Shown in pieces: positions 35,928-49,627 of a stretch of DNA of 64,000 bases (the first letter of the stretch is position 1; every line of letters starts with the position of its first letter). The notes beneath the pieces are model-generated. The model was not told the DNA's origin. It did no database searches and worked only from the letters and a program-made list of their open reading frames with translations. Source of the stretch: Felis catus (taxonomy: Eukaryota); contig NC_058383.1 in NCBI RefSeq assembly GCF_018350175.1, forward strand, positions 24,554,001 to 24,618,000, given 5' to 3'. The translations under genes were made by a program, and so were the position numbers.

Positions 35928-37212
35928 AAATGAAATGAAATTTATCACCATTTTAAGGACGTTTCTATACTGAATATACATGATTATTGAATCAAAATAT
36001 ACTTTCCTACTACATTTAAATTTCACAAGACTATGAGTAAGTCATGCTCAATGGAAGGCCTAATTATCCAAATTACACACATACGCTAATTATAATATGT
36101 GCATAATTCTGATTACATAACATATAAAAATTGAAGTGTTTTATTATATTATATAGGCTATGTGATATAAACTAATTGTACAAATGTATTTGTTGGTTTT
36201 GAGATAAGAAGTATAAAGAGTTATAAACCATGAATTCCTGATGGCTCTTCCTGTCACTGGGTGTAAATCAAACTACCGTCAGAGGTATAGGTCTCTTTTA
36301 CTTTTCTTGATATTCAGAGATGGTACTGCTGGTGGTGTCAGCCCCATAATGGCTATTGACCTTCTTGGGGATGCATGTAGTGACCTGATTCTAGTGACCT
36401 GTTTCCAGGTGTGGGCCAGGTAATGTACAAAGAACTTTTTAAGCACAACTTTGAATGAACAGCAGGAAGTAATGGGGTTTCCTCTTTGCCACTGAGAGAC
36501 CGAAGCCTCGGGCAATCTCAAGTGAGACTTAAAGATCTCACTTGAACCCATGTTGGCAAATAGGAAGTACCACTACTTTGTACATACACTGAGTCTCCCC
36601 TGTGTGTTTGAACTACTTTCTACAGGGACATACCCTCTAAACACTAGGATTTCCAATGGTCTTTCCTTCCATTCCAGAAAGGATTTGTGGAGATGTTCTT
36701 GTCCCTGTAGACTTACACCAGTTCATGGGAGATCCCAAAAGGAGTCCTTCATGGGAAACTTGAGCAAATAAAACAGGAGAAAGGTGTGCAGTTACATCTA
36801 TATTAAATGCTAAGGAAGGAACCATGAAACTTGATGTAGTCTGATAACTTCTTGATCCTTCATCTAAGGCTGCAATTCATTGACTCTCTGACCTCACTAT
36901 TTAAAATCACCTGGTCCTGGCTGAGCATTTTCCAGCCTCCTCTTCTACTTAATTATTTTCCAAAGCACTTTCATCATGTTATATGCTATGTATTTTATCA
37001 TCTGTTTCCTCCCAGCAGAATGTAAATCCCAAGAGCACAGGGATTTTTGTCTGTTTTATTCTACATATCTAGAACAGTGCCTGATGCATATAGTTAGTGC
37101 TCAAGAAGTACTGAATGAATTTAAACCATCTCTGTCTCCACTGAAGCCTTTCACTTGCAGATAGAATTTAACCCCTTTGCCTGCCCTCCACTCCTCTGCT
37201 TTGCCCTTTCAG

Positions 37213-37313
37213 CTGTGTTTAATGAGTGGAGAGATTATCCAGATGAGCCCCAAGATGAGTCTGATCTTCGAGCCAGCGGATCTGGAGCAGGCCTCGCCAG
37301 CCACTGTGAGCAG
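37213..37313 (+). CDS. DNAH3: Dynein heavy chain window exon 18 ([33 protein letters not shown])
   Basis: ctttcag acceptor, AG|gtcagt donor, 101 nt; ASPATVSR motif. Confidence 0.94.
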
Positions 37314-37344
37314 GTCAGTCAGCCTCATACCGGCACCCTGAGGG

Positions 37345-37470
37345 AATTGTATGTATATACCCATCTTCTTTATCCATTCATCTATGAATTGCTTCCACAA
37401 TATGGCTATTGTAAATAATGGTGCAATAAGCATAGCGGTGCATGTATCCCTTTGAATTAGTGTTTTTGTA
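37345..37470 (-). mobile_element. Short L1 3' fragment starting about 30 nt after the exon 18 donor
   Basis: catcttctttatccattcatct...ggctattgtaaataatg...catgtatccctttgaattagtg. Confidence 0.7.
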
Positions 37471-38709
37471 ACAAACTGTAATATTTATATATCACTCAAA
37501 ATAAATAAATTATACTGACCTAGAACTCTATGGATAAATCTTATTAACTATAAAATCTTAGCAATATTATGTATAAAAATAAGCACACAATAGTATATAT
37601 AGTGCGGTGTCTCCATTTAAACTGCTAAAAACAACTAACATAAATAAATTTACATGATAGGAACATATAGAAATACTATAAAACTATATAAGAAAGAAAG
37701 AAATCAAGAGACAGGTGACCATGAAATTCAAGATAATGAGTTACATCAGGTGGAGAAAGCCATGGGTATAGGATAAGGGAGACCAAATGGGTTAGATGAA
37801 AGTTATTGTCAAGATCCTAGCTTCTGTCTGGGTAGTGGGTTCATGGATACTCATTAAATTATTGAAAACCCTTAACTAAGAAATAAGAAAGGCCCTGCAT
37901 GGGCTACTGATAGTGTGCCAAGGATGACAATGAATCCAATCCTGTGCACCTGAGGTTCATAAAAAAAATAAAGTCAGCCCACATTCCAAAAGGCAATGTC
38001 AGGGAGTAGAAAGAGCAATGGCAAATTAGACCAACTTGGTCTTCCACCCTGGCCATGTCAATATCTAGCTGTGTGGCCTCTTCCAAGTCACTTAGCCTCT
38101 CTGAGCCAGTTTCCTCATGTCTTAAAACATGACCATAAAGATATCCTTAAAGATAAAGGTCATTAGGACATAGCATAGTGCCTGACATGCAGTAGATGCT
38201 AAATAAATGGCAGCCATATTTTAATGGGGGAAAAAAAACATGTACTATATAAAATATCAGTACTTATTAATGCTAATGATAATAGTTTCCATTGATTAAG
38301 AGTTTTCTATATCCTGGAAATGGCACTGAATTATTTGTTGGCATTTTCTTATTTAACCACTATAACAGCCGTATGAACTATGTATTTTTTGTTTCTTGAT
38401 TTATAGACAAGGATGAAGAATTTCAGAGATAGTAAAGAAAGCTTGCCCAAGGCCACTCAGATAGTAGAATCTGGGGCTGGGATTTGAACCCAGGTCTCTC
38501 TTATTCCCAAGACCAAGCTGTTATCACTGGTCCCCATCCTTTGCTGACAAAATCTGGGCACCTTCCTTTTGGCCTAGAGCAGGCAAGGGTCTGTGCTCCA
38601 CCCCAAGCTACAGCCCCTTACCTTGCCATGACTGCCTGCATTTACCTCGCCCCTGTGTGCTTGGGAGCCTAGATGTGGACCACGCTGGTTCTCTCTTTGT
38701 GCTTGCCAG

Positions 38710-38815
38710 GTGTGGGATGATCTACATGGAGCCCCATCAACTAGGCTGGAAGCCCTTGAAGGACTCTTATATGGACACCCTGCCCACCAGTCTCACTGAG
38801 GAGCACAAGGAATTG
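38710..38815 (+). CDS. DNAH3: Dynein heavy chain window exon 19 (CGMIYMEPHQLGWKPLKDSYMDTLPTSLTEEHKEL)
   Basis: ttgccag acceptor, TTG|gtgagg donor, 106 nt; completes SRCGM. Confidence 0.93.
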
Positions 38816-40978
38816 GTGAGGCCAGCAGACTCCTTTACTTCCCCTCCCTCCCTGTCTCCCTGCTCCTCATTTCTTAGGCCTTCTAGACACATCTTTACCT
38901 TCTAATTCCAGGATGCAAGAACAGGCAGTGGCTTCCCTGCTTGCCTCTAGTTGTCTTCTTTCCTGGCTGCCTGCCATTTTTCCAACTTTGTTCTCCATGT
39001 GGAGAGGATGGGATATGGTCAATTTCCACTTTTCTTCTACCTTCTCCATCACTCCCCATCTCCCCAGTGGAGAATTCTGATGCTTGAGAACATTCTATAA
39101 GGTGGCTGGAATGTCACTCCTTTTCCCATTGCTCCACTAGCAGAAATATCTCTAGAAGTTGCTCTAGAGATAGGCCAGATTAGGAAGAGCTGTGTTCCTC
39201 TCTGTACTGCCACTCCCCATCCTGGTGACCTCGACTTCATACCTCTCATATCTAGGGAGCTGGAGCCAGCTTAGAAAAGCTTGTATTGCAGGTACTAAGA
39301 GTATATGTCCCCTTCTTCCCTTTCTAAAAGAGGTGTGAACATTCAGGTTAATGGCTACATGAGCACACTCTCAGCCTGGGGAATCAGGAAGGGAGAGCCC
39401 AAGCTTTTGGTGGCTTTTGTCTTTCCCTGCATTAATAGAATTCTAGGAAAGTTTCCCACCAAAGAAGCCAAGAAAGGTATAGTTGGGCTCTCTTCCTACT
39501 GTGGAAATACTCTGACGAGCTATGTAGGATGGCCCCATTCCTGTCACATTTATATGCATGTACCATGTATATAATCACATACTTATACAGATACATGCCC
39601 ACATGCACATCAAGAGACCAATCTATACAGGTGCACAGGAAGCCTTCAGTGCGACTCCTCAGTGTCCTTAGCACAAAGTCTAACTTCTTATCAGGGCCTC
39701 TGAAGCCTCAATCTGACCGTGTCGCCTTTCTGAACTCATCACTACCCTCTTCTTCAACTTATTACCCTGCAGCCCTTGTATTTTGTTTCCATTCCTAGAA
39801 GACCCCAGGTTTCATCACCTCAAGACTTTCACACCTTTTCTTCCTCTTCCTGGAAATGTTGTCCCATTTTATCTTCTGAGGGATGAGTCACCTTCATCAT
39901 CTCAACATAAAGGCCTCCTCCTCTAAGAAGCCTTCCCTGACCACCCTACTAAGCCCTTCCCATTATTCCCCATTGTAGCATCTTTATTTGTTTCCTGCTA
40001 GTACTTTCCATGATTTGTAAGTATTTTATTTATTTCCTTGCTTGTTTAGTTATTTATTTTTTGTCTCCCCTTCCCTTCAGTAATTTCTGAGAGGGCAGGA
40101 ATCTTGTCTATCTTGTGAGTTGTTTATCCTCAGCACCTACAACACTGTAATTACTAGATACTCAATAAATATTTGTTGGCTGGATGAATATACCACGTAT
40201 TCATGTACACATGTGTACGTATTCATATATATGTTCATGTGTATGTATTCATATATACATATAAATGCATCTATATATTTATATACAGATATATATCAAT
40301 ATATGTGTGTGTATATATATATATATATATACACACATGTATTTATTTAGTGATGACCTATCTACTTCCCAAAAAATGACTTAAGATAATTTACAGTGAC
40401 AGCCACAAATATTTTAACAAAAATGAAAAAATATCCAAAATAAGAGGATAAAGGAAAAATTTTTTGGAAAGAGTAACTGGGGTGAAAAGCAGAGACGAGA
40501 ATCATTATACCTACAAATAAGTACATATATACATACATACATACAGATAATTACTGAAAATCAGCCCTGAACTTAGGTCTGCACTTCCTATGGCCACTTT
40601 ATACAGGAGTCCAGCCTAAAGTCATTTGAAAATCTTGTTTAGGGTTCCTAATGATTTTATACAAACAAGTCAGATGCCCAGTTTGGGTCCTAAAACTACT
40701 TTATGCATCTTGTAGCTGACCCACAGTAGCTCCAAGCCTCTGAGTATCCAGCTCTGGGTAGTAAAATGGGAGGAGTAGGGATGGTCTGTGGGCTGCCTGT
40801 CCATTGAGTAGGAAGTTTAAGTCAGGGCCCTGGGTACCTTTGGTCCTTTCCCCAATACACCTACATTCAAAAATAATCAGCAACTTTACCAGCATCCCAG
40901 GCCTTCCAGAAGTGTACCAAACCCTTAGTCTTAAACTCATTTTTTGATAACATCTTCAAATTTCGTTTCTACTTTCAG

Positions 40979-41108
40979 GTCAATGATATGTTCATGTGGC
41001 TTGTCCAGCCCTGCCTGGAGTTTATTCACCTTCAGTGTAAATTTGTGGTCCAAACTTCTCCCATCCACCTTGCTTCCTCAATGATGAGACTGTACTCCTC
41101 TCTGCTTG
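40979..41108 (+). CDS. DNAH3: Dynein heavy chain window exon 20 (VNDMFMWLVQPCLEFIHLQCKFVVQTSPIHLASSMMRLYSSLL)
   Basis: actttcag acceptor, G|gtacgt donor, 130 nt, frame-consistent with its neighbours; not in the ORF track. Confidence 0.9.
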
Positions 41109-42317
41109 GTACGTGCTACTATGATTCTTGAAGGTGGGGTATATGTGGGATATTTCTTCCTCTTCCCCATCCCTTCTATTCCTGCCCCACCCATGAGTCA
41201 CAACGAGACTGGCATTTTAGTCTAGAACAAACAAGCCTTTGGAGTGGAGATAGTAGAATTTAGCGGAAAGAATCCATGTTTGAGGGCTTTAACATTAATC
41301 TTAGATTGATTTCCTGGATGTTTTTGTGCAAATTACCCCATCTTTTCTTGTGTTAGGTTTCTTGTCCACACAATGAGGATAAAAATCTCTGTCTCTCTTT
41401 ACCTAACTAGGATATCCTGGAGGGAAATGAATTTACATGATACATATGAATGTATCTGAGAAAAAAAAGATTCTACAAAAAATAAGACCAGAGATTTTCC
41501 TGTGTTAAGAAAACTTATAAAAATCTGATTTCACAAAATACATAGTTACACGGTCAAGAGAACTGACCACATCAGCTACAAAACTAGGGAACTTCTCCAG
41601 GACATGAGAAGTACCTAAATCATAGAACTATTTGTTTAAAGGTCCTAGAGAAGTTCCCTGTAACCATCTCATATAAATCAAATTTCATTGAATTCTGTGG
41701 GAAATGGCAAAGCATGTGTCCATTTGGAGAACTTCTTCCTGGATGACATTTCTTTTTCAATATCTCACATAATTCAGGCTCAAGATGGATCTTCCCAGAA
41801 CTTCTGTTACATGTACATTTTCTCAGCTCATTGCTTCCAAAGGCATTATAGGAACAGATTTAAAAAATGTAATATGGTGAACAGTTGAGTGGAGACTTTC
41901 TTTGGCTAAATATTATGTGATTTTTCTGAAATTAAAATTACAGGCAATTTCAAAAGCACACTAACTGCATACAATGCCATATATTTGCATCATTAGTTGC
42001 AAATTTTGCATATTTTCCCAAGCCCTGTTTCCTGTCCTCGTGTTGTATCTCCTCCAGGAAAAAAGGCATCGCATGAGAAATGGACTCATTGTCCCCAGCG
42101 CTGAGTACCCTAATATCTTGCCTTCCCAGATCTATAGCCATGAGTCCTATCAGGAGTGTTGAAAGACACTCTACTACTAAAAACTGGGGACATGAACACA
42201 GACATGTCTGATTTCAGAGCCCTGACTTTTTCCTCTGTCAGTGCTAAAATGCAGGAGTATGGTAACTATGATCAATCAGCAAGGCGTTGAGCTAAGGAAT
42301 ACTAAATACATTTGTTA

Positions 42318-43370
42318 GCCTTTTATTTTAAAATAATTTCAGGCTTGCAAAAAAATTGCTAAAGGACTGTGTTGAGTCACGTATCCCTTCACCTAGCTTC
42401 CTTTAAAGTTAACATCTTACATAACCAAGGCACAATGATCAAAATGAGAAAATTGAAACTGATACTAAACTATTAACTACACTACAGACTTTATTTGCAG
42501 TTCATCAATTTTTCCACAAATGTCCTTTTTCTGTTCTAGGATGCACTTCGGGAGGTCACTTTTTTTTTTTTAATTGTTGTATCTCATTCGTGTCCTTCAA
42601 TCTATGACAGCTCCTCAGTCTTTCCTTGCCTTTTTTTTTTAAATAAACCCAGCATGAGGCTTAAACTCATGACCCCCAAATCGAGTCACATGTTCTACTG
42701 ACTGAGCCAGCCAGGCACCCCTTTCCTTGTCTTTTATAACTTGGTTACTTGATAAATAATGGTCATTTATTTTATAGAATATCTCTCAATTTAAGAGATA
42801 TGTTTTCTCATAATTAGATTGGGGTTATGCATTTTCAGTAAGAATACCACGAAAGTGATGATGTATCCTTCTCTGTACATCATCATGGGGCATATGATGT
42901 TCTATATGTTATGACTGGTGAAGGCTCTGGTCAAAGTTAGCTTTGATCAGAGCCACATTTCTCCACTGTAAGAGAAGTGTTACTATGTTTTCCTTCATAA
43001 TTAATAAGTATTTGGGGGAGGGGAGACAATTTGAAACCATGCAAATATCCTATTTGCTCCTCAAATTTTCACCCACTGATTTTAATATCTATTGGATCTT
43101 GCCTACTACGGTTATTATGGCGGCATTTGCCTAATGTTAATTTTCTGTTTCTCTGTGTATTCCTTCTATATTTACTAATTAGAATTCTTCTGTAAGGAAA
43201 AACTGTTCTTCCCTATTTCTTTGCTAATTCAGTTATTTGCTGATTAAAGTATGAACTCACAATATGTATTTTATCCTATGGGTTATAATCCAATGCTATA
43301 GTTATTTTGTTGCTCAAATGTCTTCAGCCGTTGAGAGCTCCTTCAGGTTGGTGCCCATGTCCTTTCAAAA
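42318..43370 (-). mobile_element. Old L1MC-like 3' UTR, interrupted by a short SINE at 42631-42721
   Basis: ttttattttaaaataatttcagg...gttaacatcttacataacca...tattttgttgctcaaa...gagagctccttcaggttgg; boundaries approximate. Confidence 0.65.
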
Positions 43371-43562
43371 TTAGAAAAAGTTTTTAAAACTAGCACAAAG
43401 AAATATGTGGATAAAGGATCTGGCAGGTGATGGCCACTCAGCCACTATCATTCCCCTCTCCAGAGCCCTCACAGACAAGACCACCCAGCTCACATTGTTT
43501 ATAGATCTGTATATAAGCAGATATTTGCAGCTTTTCCTGAGGTTCCTTTTTCTTGCTTTTAG

Positions 43563-43808
43563 ATGAAATCAGAAAAATAGACAAGGAGGAAAGTGAATTA
43601 TTTGAAGGCCCAACAAGCCAACAGATCTTTCTCTGGCTGCAAGGTCTATTCCTCTTTGCCTTGGTGTGGACCGTGGCCGGCACCATCAATGCGGACAGCA
43701 GAAAGAAATTTGATCTGTTTTTCCGCAACCTGATCATGGGTATGGATGATAACAATCCAAGGCCCAAAAGCGTCAAACTTACCAAAAACAACATCTTTCC
43801 AGAAAGAG
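43563..43808 (+). CDS. DNAH3: Dynein heavy chain window exon 21 (EIRKIDKEE...LFLFALVWTVAG...NNIFPER)
   Basis: gcttttag acceptor, G|gtaact donor, 246 nt; FLFALVWTVAG motif. Confidence 0.92.
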
Positions 43809-44429
43809 GTAACTTAGTACCTGTTTGTTTTGTCTTGCTATAATAATCTGGATCATATGGTTCCAAAATCCAATCAAAATGTGTGGTCCAAGTAAGGGTT
43901 TTACAATGGCCAGGTGACATTATGTAGCTTGCCTGAGTGGGTTCAAGGTCTTCAGAGCTGGCCCACATGTGTAAGAGATGGATGGCTCAAAGTCAGGGTC
44001 TTATGGGATGTTTTAACTATTGTTTTAATTTAGAAAAGTTGATATAACTTTTTTTTCCCCAAAATTACCCATAATTCCATCATTCAAACAGGCTCCAGGA
44101 GACAGAATGAGAAATATAGCACATTTGTTTTTCTTATTCCCTTCTAGCCTTATTCTGTGTGTTTACATTCATCGTATTATGTTGATTATGGGGTCAATAT
44201 TCATAGTAATTTTGTCATTGTAATCTAATTTCATGTTGAAATGTTTCCATTTTTGCCATATACGTTTTCTTCAAAGTGATCACTTTAATGATCTATAAAT
44301 ATTCTATGTATGACATCATTTACTAAAAGATCAAAATTTTTTTTAAGTGGCTTTCACTATTATTTTTCTTAACACCATAATGATATATAAAATTTATTTT
44401 TTAATATTTTACATTTAAACATGTTATCT

Positions 44430-44659
44430 ATCTATTTATTTATTTTTAATATGAAATTTATTGTCAAATTGGTTTCCATACAACACGCAGTACTCATCCC
44501 AACAGGTGCCCTCCTCAATGCCCATCACCCACTTCCCCCCCCTCCCATCCCCCCATCAACCCTCAGTTTATTCTCAGTTTTTAAGAGTCTCTTATGGTTG
44601 GGCTCTCTCCCTCTCTCTCTTTTTTTTCCTTCCCCTCCCCCATGGTCTTCTGTTAAGTT
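44430..44659 (-). mobile_element. Short L1 3' end, same subfamily as the 31791-35927 element
   Basis: tgaaatttattgtcaaattggtttccatacaacac... matches 31804-32017. Confidence 0.9.
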
Positions 44660-45373
44660 AGAAAAAACAGAGAATAGCAGAAAATAAAAATCAGTGGTAA
44701 TCCAACTACCCACAAATAAACACTTAAAATTTTTTTCTTCAAGTTTTTTTCTATATTTCTGTAACAAAAAGAGATCATACTATAAACACTTTCCAAATAG
44801 CTTTACTTTTTGTGATTATAAAATAGTAGATAAAGGGTGATGAAATAACTTCTAGAGTGATAGTAATGTGTATATTGAGAAAGATTTGGTTTACACAGAT
44901 ATGTGCATTTGTCAAAACTCAGTGAATGTGCACTTAGGATGTGTACATTTCATTGCATGTAAATTTTAGATCAAGAGAAAAAGCATAAACAAATACTGAA
45001 CAGTGAATGATATAAATGCTGAAGTTTACGGGGAAGTGTATAGATGTTTTACGTTGAAGTCTGTCAAAAAATCAGATGGCTTACTTGATAGATGGATGAG
45101 CAGGTATATGATAAAACAAGTAAAAACTAATCATAAAGTTTAGGAGAAGGGTATGTAAGTGTTTGCTGTACAGTGTTTTCAGTATTTATGTTTGAAATTT
45201 TTCCTAATGATAATAATAAATGAATGAACAAGTAGGGGCCATCCACTGCCCCTGTACACACAGTCCTTCCTCAGCACATGAGGCACACTTTATCTGATAT
45301 GGTCATCTGTCCCAGTGAACTGCATAGAGGCCCTGGGCCAATCCAATATTTAGATTGTAGTACAATCATTCTG

Positions 45374-45376
45374 TTT

Positions 45377-45436
<60 letters not shown>

Positions 45437-45570
45437 TCCTTTTCTTTTCTTTCTCTCTTTCTTTCTTTCTCTTTTCTTTTTTCTTTTCTTCTCTCTTCTT
45501 TTCTTTCTCTTCCCCTTCCTTCCTTCTCTCCTCCTCTCCTCCTCCTCGTTTCTCTTTTACTTCTTCTTTG
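45374..45570. repeat. (TTTC)n and degenerate polypyrimidine tract (another polypyrimidine tract lies at 28775-28925)
   Basis: Directly visible. Confidence 0.9.
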
Positions 45571-45584
45571 ATTTAGAAGATTCT

Positions 45585-46540
45585 TTTTATTTTGGTAAAA
45601 TATGCATTATATAAAAATTTACCATTTTAACCATTTTTAAGTATACAGTTCAGTGGTGTTAAACATTGTTGTGCACCCTTCACCACCATTTATCTCCAGA
45701 ACTTTTTTCATCTTCCCAAACTAAAACTCCGTATTCTGTAAACACTAACTCTCCATTTCTCCCCTCCTTCTGGCTCCCCCACCCCCAGCAACCACCATCC
45801 CACTTTCAGTCTCTATAAATCTGACTACTCTAGGTACCTCATTTAAATAGAATCACATAGTATTTGTCCTTTTTTGACAAGTTTATTTCACTTAGTAATA
45901 ACTTCAAAATTCATCCATGTTGAAGCATGTGTCAGAATTTCCTTCCTTTTTAAGTTTGAATAATACTCTGTTGTGTGTATGTGCCACATTTTGTTCCTTT
46001 GTTCACCTGTTGATAGACATTTGAGTTACTCTCATATTTTGACTACTGTGAATAATGCAGATATAAACATGGGTGTACAAATATTTATTTGAGTCTCTTG
46101 CTTTCATTTCTTCTTGCTATGTGCTCAAAAGTGGAATTTATTTTTTTAAGTTTATTTTGAGAGAGAGAGAGAAAGCACATGCACAAGTGGGGGAGGGGCA
46201 AAGAGGGAGAGAGAGAATCCCAAGCAGGCTTTGCACTGTCAGCCCAGAGATGACGTGGGTCTCAGGCTCACAAACTGTGAGATCATGACCTGAGCCGAAA
46301 CCAGGAGTTTGATGCTTAACTGACTGAGCCGCTCAGGATCCCCTTAACAGTGGAATTTATAGATCATATAGTAATTCTGTGTTTAAGTTTGTGAGGAATT
46401 GCCACAATGTTTTTCATAGTACTTGTACCATCATACATCCCCACCAGCAATGCGCAAGAATTCCAATTTCTTCACATTCTCATGTATTGTTTTGTCTTGT
46501 TTTTTAGGAATAGCTATCCTGACGAGTGTGAAGTGCATTC
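45585..46540 (-). mobile_element. Old L1M 3' end interrupted by a CAN-SINE (46141-46343, minus)
   Basis: aaaatttaccattttaaccatttttaagtatacagttcagtgg...; SINE TSD agtggaattta on both sides. Confidence 0.75.
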
Positions 46541-46899
46541 TTGATTTTTTAAGAAAAAATATGAATAGGTCATATAATAAAAAAGATAAATATTTTTAAA
46601 AAGATAACCACAATTAACATTTTGATAACCATCCATTTAGACATTTCCCTGTGCATATATGTGCATATGGATTTATTTTTGCAAATATGGGATCATTCTG
46701 CACTTCTTTCCTAGTTATTTTCTAGTTTTTGTTATCATTAACAACACTGTGATGAACAGTATTCCGGTAGCCACCTGCTTGCTTAATCCATGATTATTTT
46801 CTTAGGATAATTTCCTAGAATTAAAATAACTGAATCAAGGATCAATAAAATTTTAAAGCTTTGATTGCTCCATTTCCCTTGTGCCTTCCCAATCCATTT

Positions 46900-49600
46900 C
46901 CTGAATAGGTAATCATGCCATCAACAAACAAAAATAGTTTTATTTCTTCCTTCCCAATCTTATTTCCTTTTTTGTTGTTGTTTGTTTGTTTGTTTGTTTT
47001 GTAGTCTATTGCATAAGCTAAGACTTCCTGTATGATTTATATAGGTATGATTAGAGGGAGCATCCTTATCTTAGGGAGAAAGTATCTAGTTCCTTGCCTT
47101 AGGTATGAGATTAGCTGTAGGTGTTTTGTTGATATTCTTTATCAAGTTGAAGAAGTTCCCCTCTATACCTAGTTTACTGAGTGTTGGATTTTGTCAAATG
47201 CTTTTTCTGAATTTATTGATAATCATGTGAGTTTTCTTCTTTAGCCTGTTTCTGTAATAGATTACATTAATTGATTTTTTAAAAATTACCTTCATTTATT
47301 ATTTCTCCAAAAGATTTCCTTTTTTTTTTTAATGTAGATCCAAACTTCTGACCTATATCATTTTCCTTCTCTCTGAAAAAATTCTATTTCCTGTGGGGCT
47401 GCCCTGCTGATTATGATTTACCTCATTTTTTTGTTTTCTGAGACAGCTTTTATTTCTCCTCTAGTTTGAAAATATAATCTCAGTGGATACAGAATTTTAT
47501 CATGGTGAGTTTTTTTCCACCAACACTTTAAATATTTCCCTCTACTCTGTTCTTTCTGGCATACTTTCTGATGGAAAGTCTGCTATAATTCTTATCTTTG
47601 TTCCTCTATAGGTAAGATCTTCCCCAATAAACTGATGTTTTCCAGATTTTCTCTTTGTCTTTGGTTTTCTGTTGTTTGGTTATATTATTCCCAGGTGTTG
47701 AATATGGGGTGTTTTTCTTCCTTCATATTTTCCGAGCTACCTGGTTCTATAGGTTGATATCTATCATTAACTTTCAAAAGTTCTTGGCCATTATTACATT
47801 GAATATTTCTGCTTTGCTGTCTCTTCTTTTTCTGGTATTCCCAGTATTAATATCTTAAACCATTTGCAATTGGCCACAATTATCCAATAATCTGTTCTTT
47901 TTTAAAATTTTTTCCTCCATTTATTTCAGGTTAGTAAGTTTATATTGTCATATATTCCAGCTCATAGATTCTTTTCTAGGCTGCATCTAGTCTATTAATA
48001 AGCCTACCAAATGCATTCTTCATTTCTACTACAGTGTTTTTGTTTTCTCTTATTTTTCTTTTGATTCTTTTTTTTCTTCATTAGCCTAATGGATTACATT
48101 AGTTGATTTTTGAATGTTGAACCAGCCTTATATACCTGGAAGGAATAAATCCCACTTGAATGTGGTGTGTAATTCTTTCCGTATATTGTTAATTTGATTT
48201 GTCAGTATTTTGGTAAGGATTTTTGCATCTGTTTTGAGGAGATATATTATCTATAGTTTTCCTTTATTGTAGTATCTTTGGTTTGGGGATCAGGGTTATG
48301 CTGACCTCATAGAATAAATATGCTTTTATTTTCTGGAGAAGATTGTAGAGTATTGTAAAATGTTTTTCCTTAAATGTTTAGTAGAATTCATCATTTAGGC
48401 CTGGTACTTTCTCTTTTGGAAGGTTATTAATTGTTGCTTCAATTTCGTTAATAGATATCGTTCTCTTCAAATTATCTATTTCTCCTTATATGAGTTTTGT
48501 TAGATCATGTCTTTTGAGGAATTGTTTTATTTCATCTAAGTTATCAAATTTGTGGTCATAGAGTTGTTCATAATATTCCTTTATTATCTTCCTAATGTCT
48601 CTGGTATCAGTAGTGATGGTTCCTCTTTCATTTCTGATATTAGTAATTTGTGTCTTCTCTCTTTTTTCTTGGTTGGCCTAAATAGAGGTTTATCAGTTTT
48701 ATAACCTTTTCCAAGAAACAGCTTTTGGTTTTGTTGATTTTCTCTATTGATTTTCTCTGTTTTCAACTTCATTGATTTCTACTCTAATTTTTATTATTTA
48801 TTTTATTCTGCTTATTTTGGATTTAATTCACTCTTCATTTCTAGTTTCCTAAGGTGGAAGCTTAGATTATTGATTTTAGAGCTTTCTTCTTTTCTAATAT
48901 ATGCATTCAATGCTAAATTTCTCTGTAAGCATTTCTTTCACTGCATCCCACAGATTTTGAAAAGTTGTGTTTTCTTTCTTTCGTTCATTTGTTCTTTCTT
49001 TTTGAGAAGGAGAAAGAGAGGGCACTCAAGCAAGGGGCAGAGAGAGAAAGAGAATCCCAGAGAGGCAAAGAGAGAGAGAAGTGGGACTCACCCGAAGTGG
49101 GGCTTGTGCTCACCCAACGTGGGACTCAAACTCATAAACCATGAGATCATGGCCTGAGCCAGTCAGATGCTTAATGACTGAGCCACCCAGGCACCCCTAG
49201 AAGTCTTTTTCTTAATCTTCAAGTATTTGGGGATTTTCCAGCTATCTTTTTGTTACTGATTTCTAGTTTAATTGCATTGTGGACTGAGAGTATACACTGT
49301 ATGATTTCTACTCTTTAAAAATTTTAAGGTGTGTTTTATGGCCCAGAATGTGGTCTCTCTAGGAGAATGTTCCATGTGAGCTCGAAAAGGATGTATTCTG
49401 CTGTTGTTGAAGTAATCTACAAATGTCAGTGAGGTCCAATTGATGGTGAAGGTGCTGTTTAGTTTAACTATATCCTCACTCATTTTCTACCCAATGTCAA
49501 TTGCTGATAGAGGGGGACTGAAGTCTCCAACTATAATAATTGGATTTTTCTATTAATTTTTGCAATTCTATCAGTTTTGCCTTATGTATTTTGGTGTTCT
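46900..49600 (-). mobile_element. Old, heavily decayed L1M internal fragments, with a variant feliform SINE at 48975-49197
   Basis: gttgaagaagttcccctctatacctagttt, gaatgttgaaccagcc, gcatcccacagattttg, gagaatgttccatgtga are reverse-complement L1 ORF2 landmarks. Confidence 0.75.
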
Positions 49601-49627
49601 TTTCACATTTGTAGTACGAAAATAGTA

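Noticed and set aside
43438..43968. 176-aa minus-strand ORF
   Set aside because: Antisense shadow of exon 21 plus flanks; no recognisable domain and no independent gene signals.
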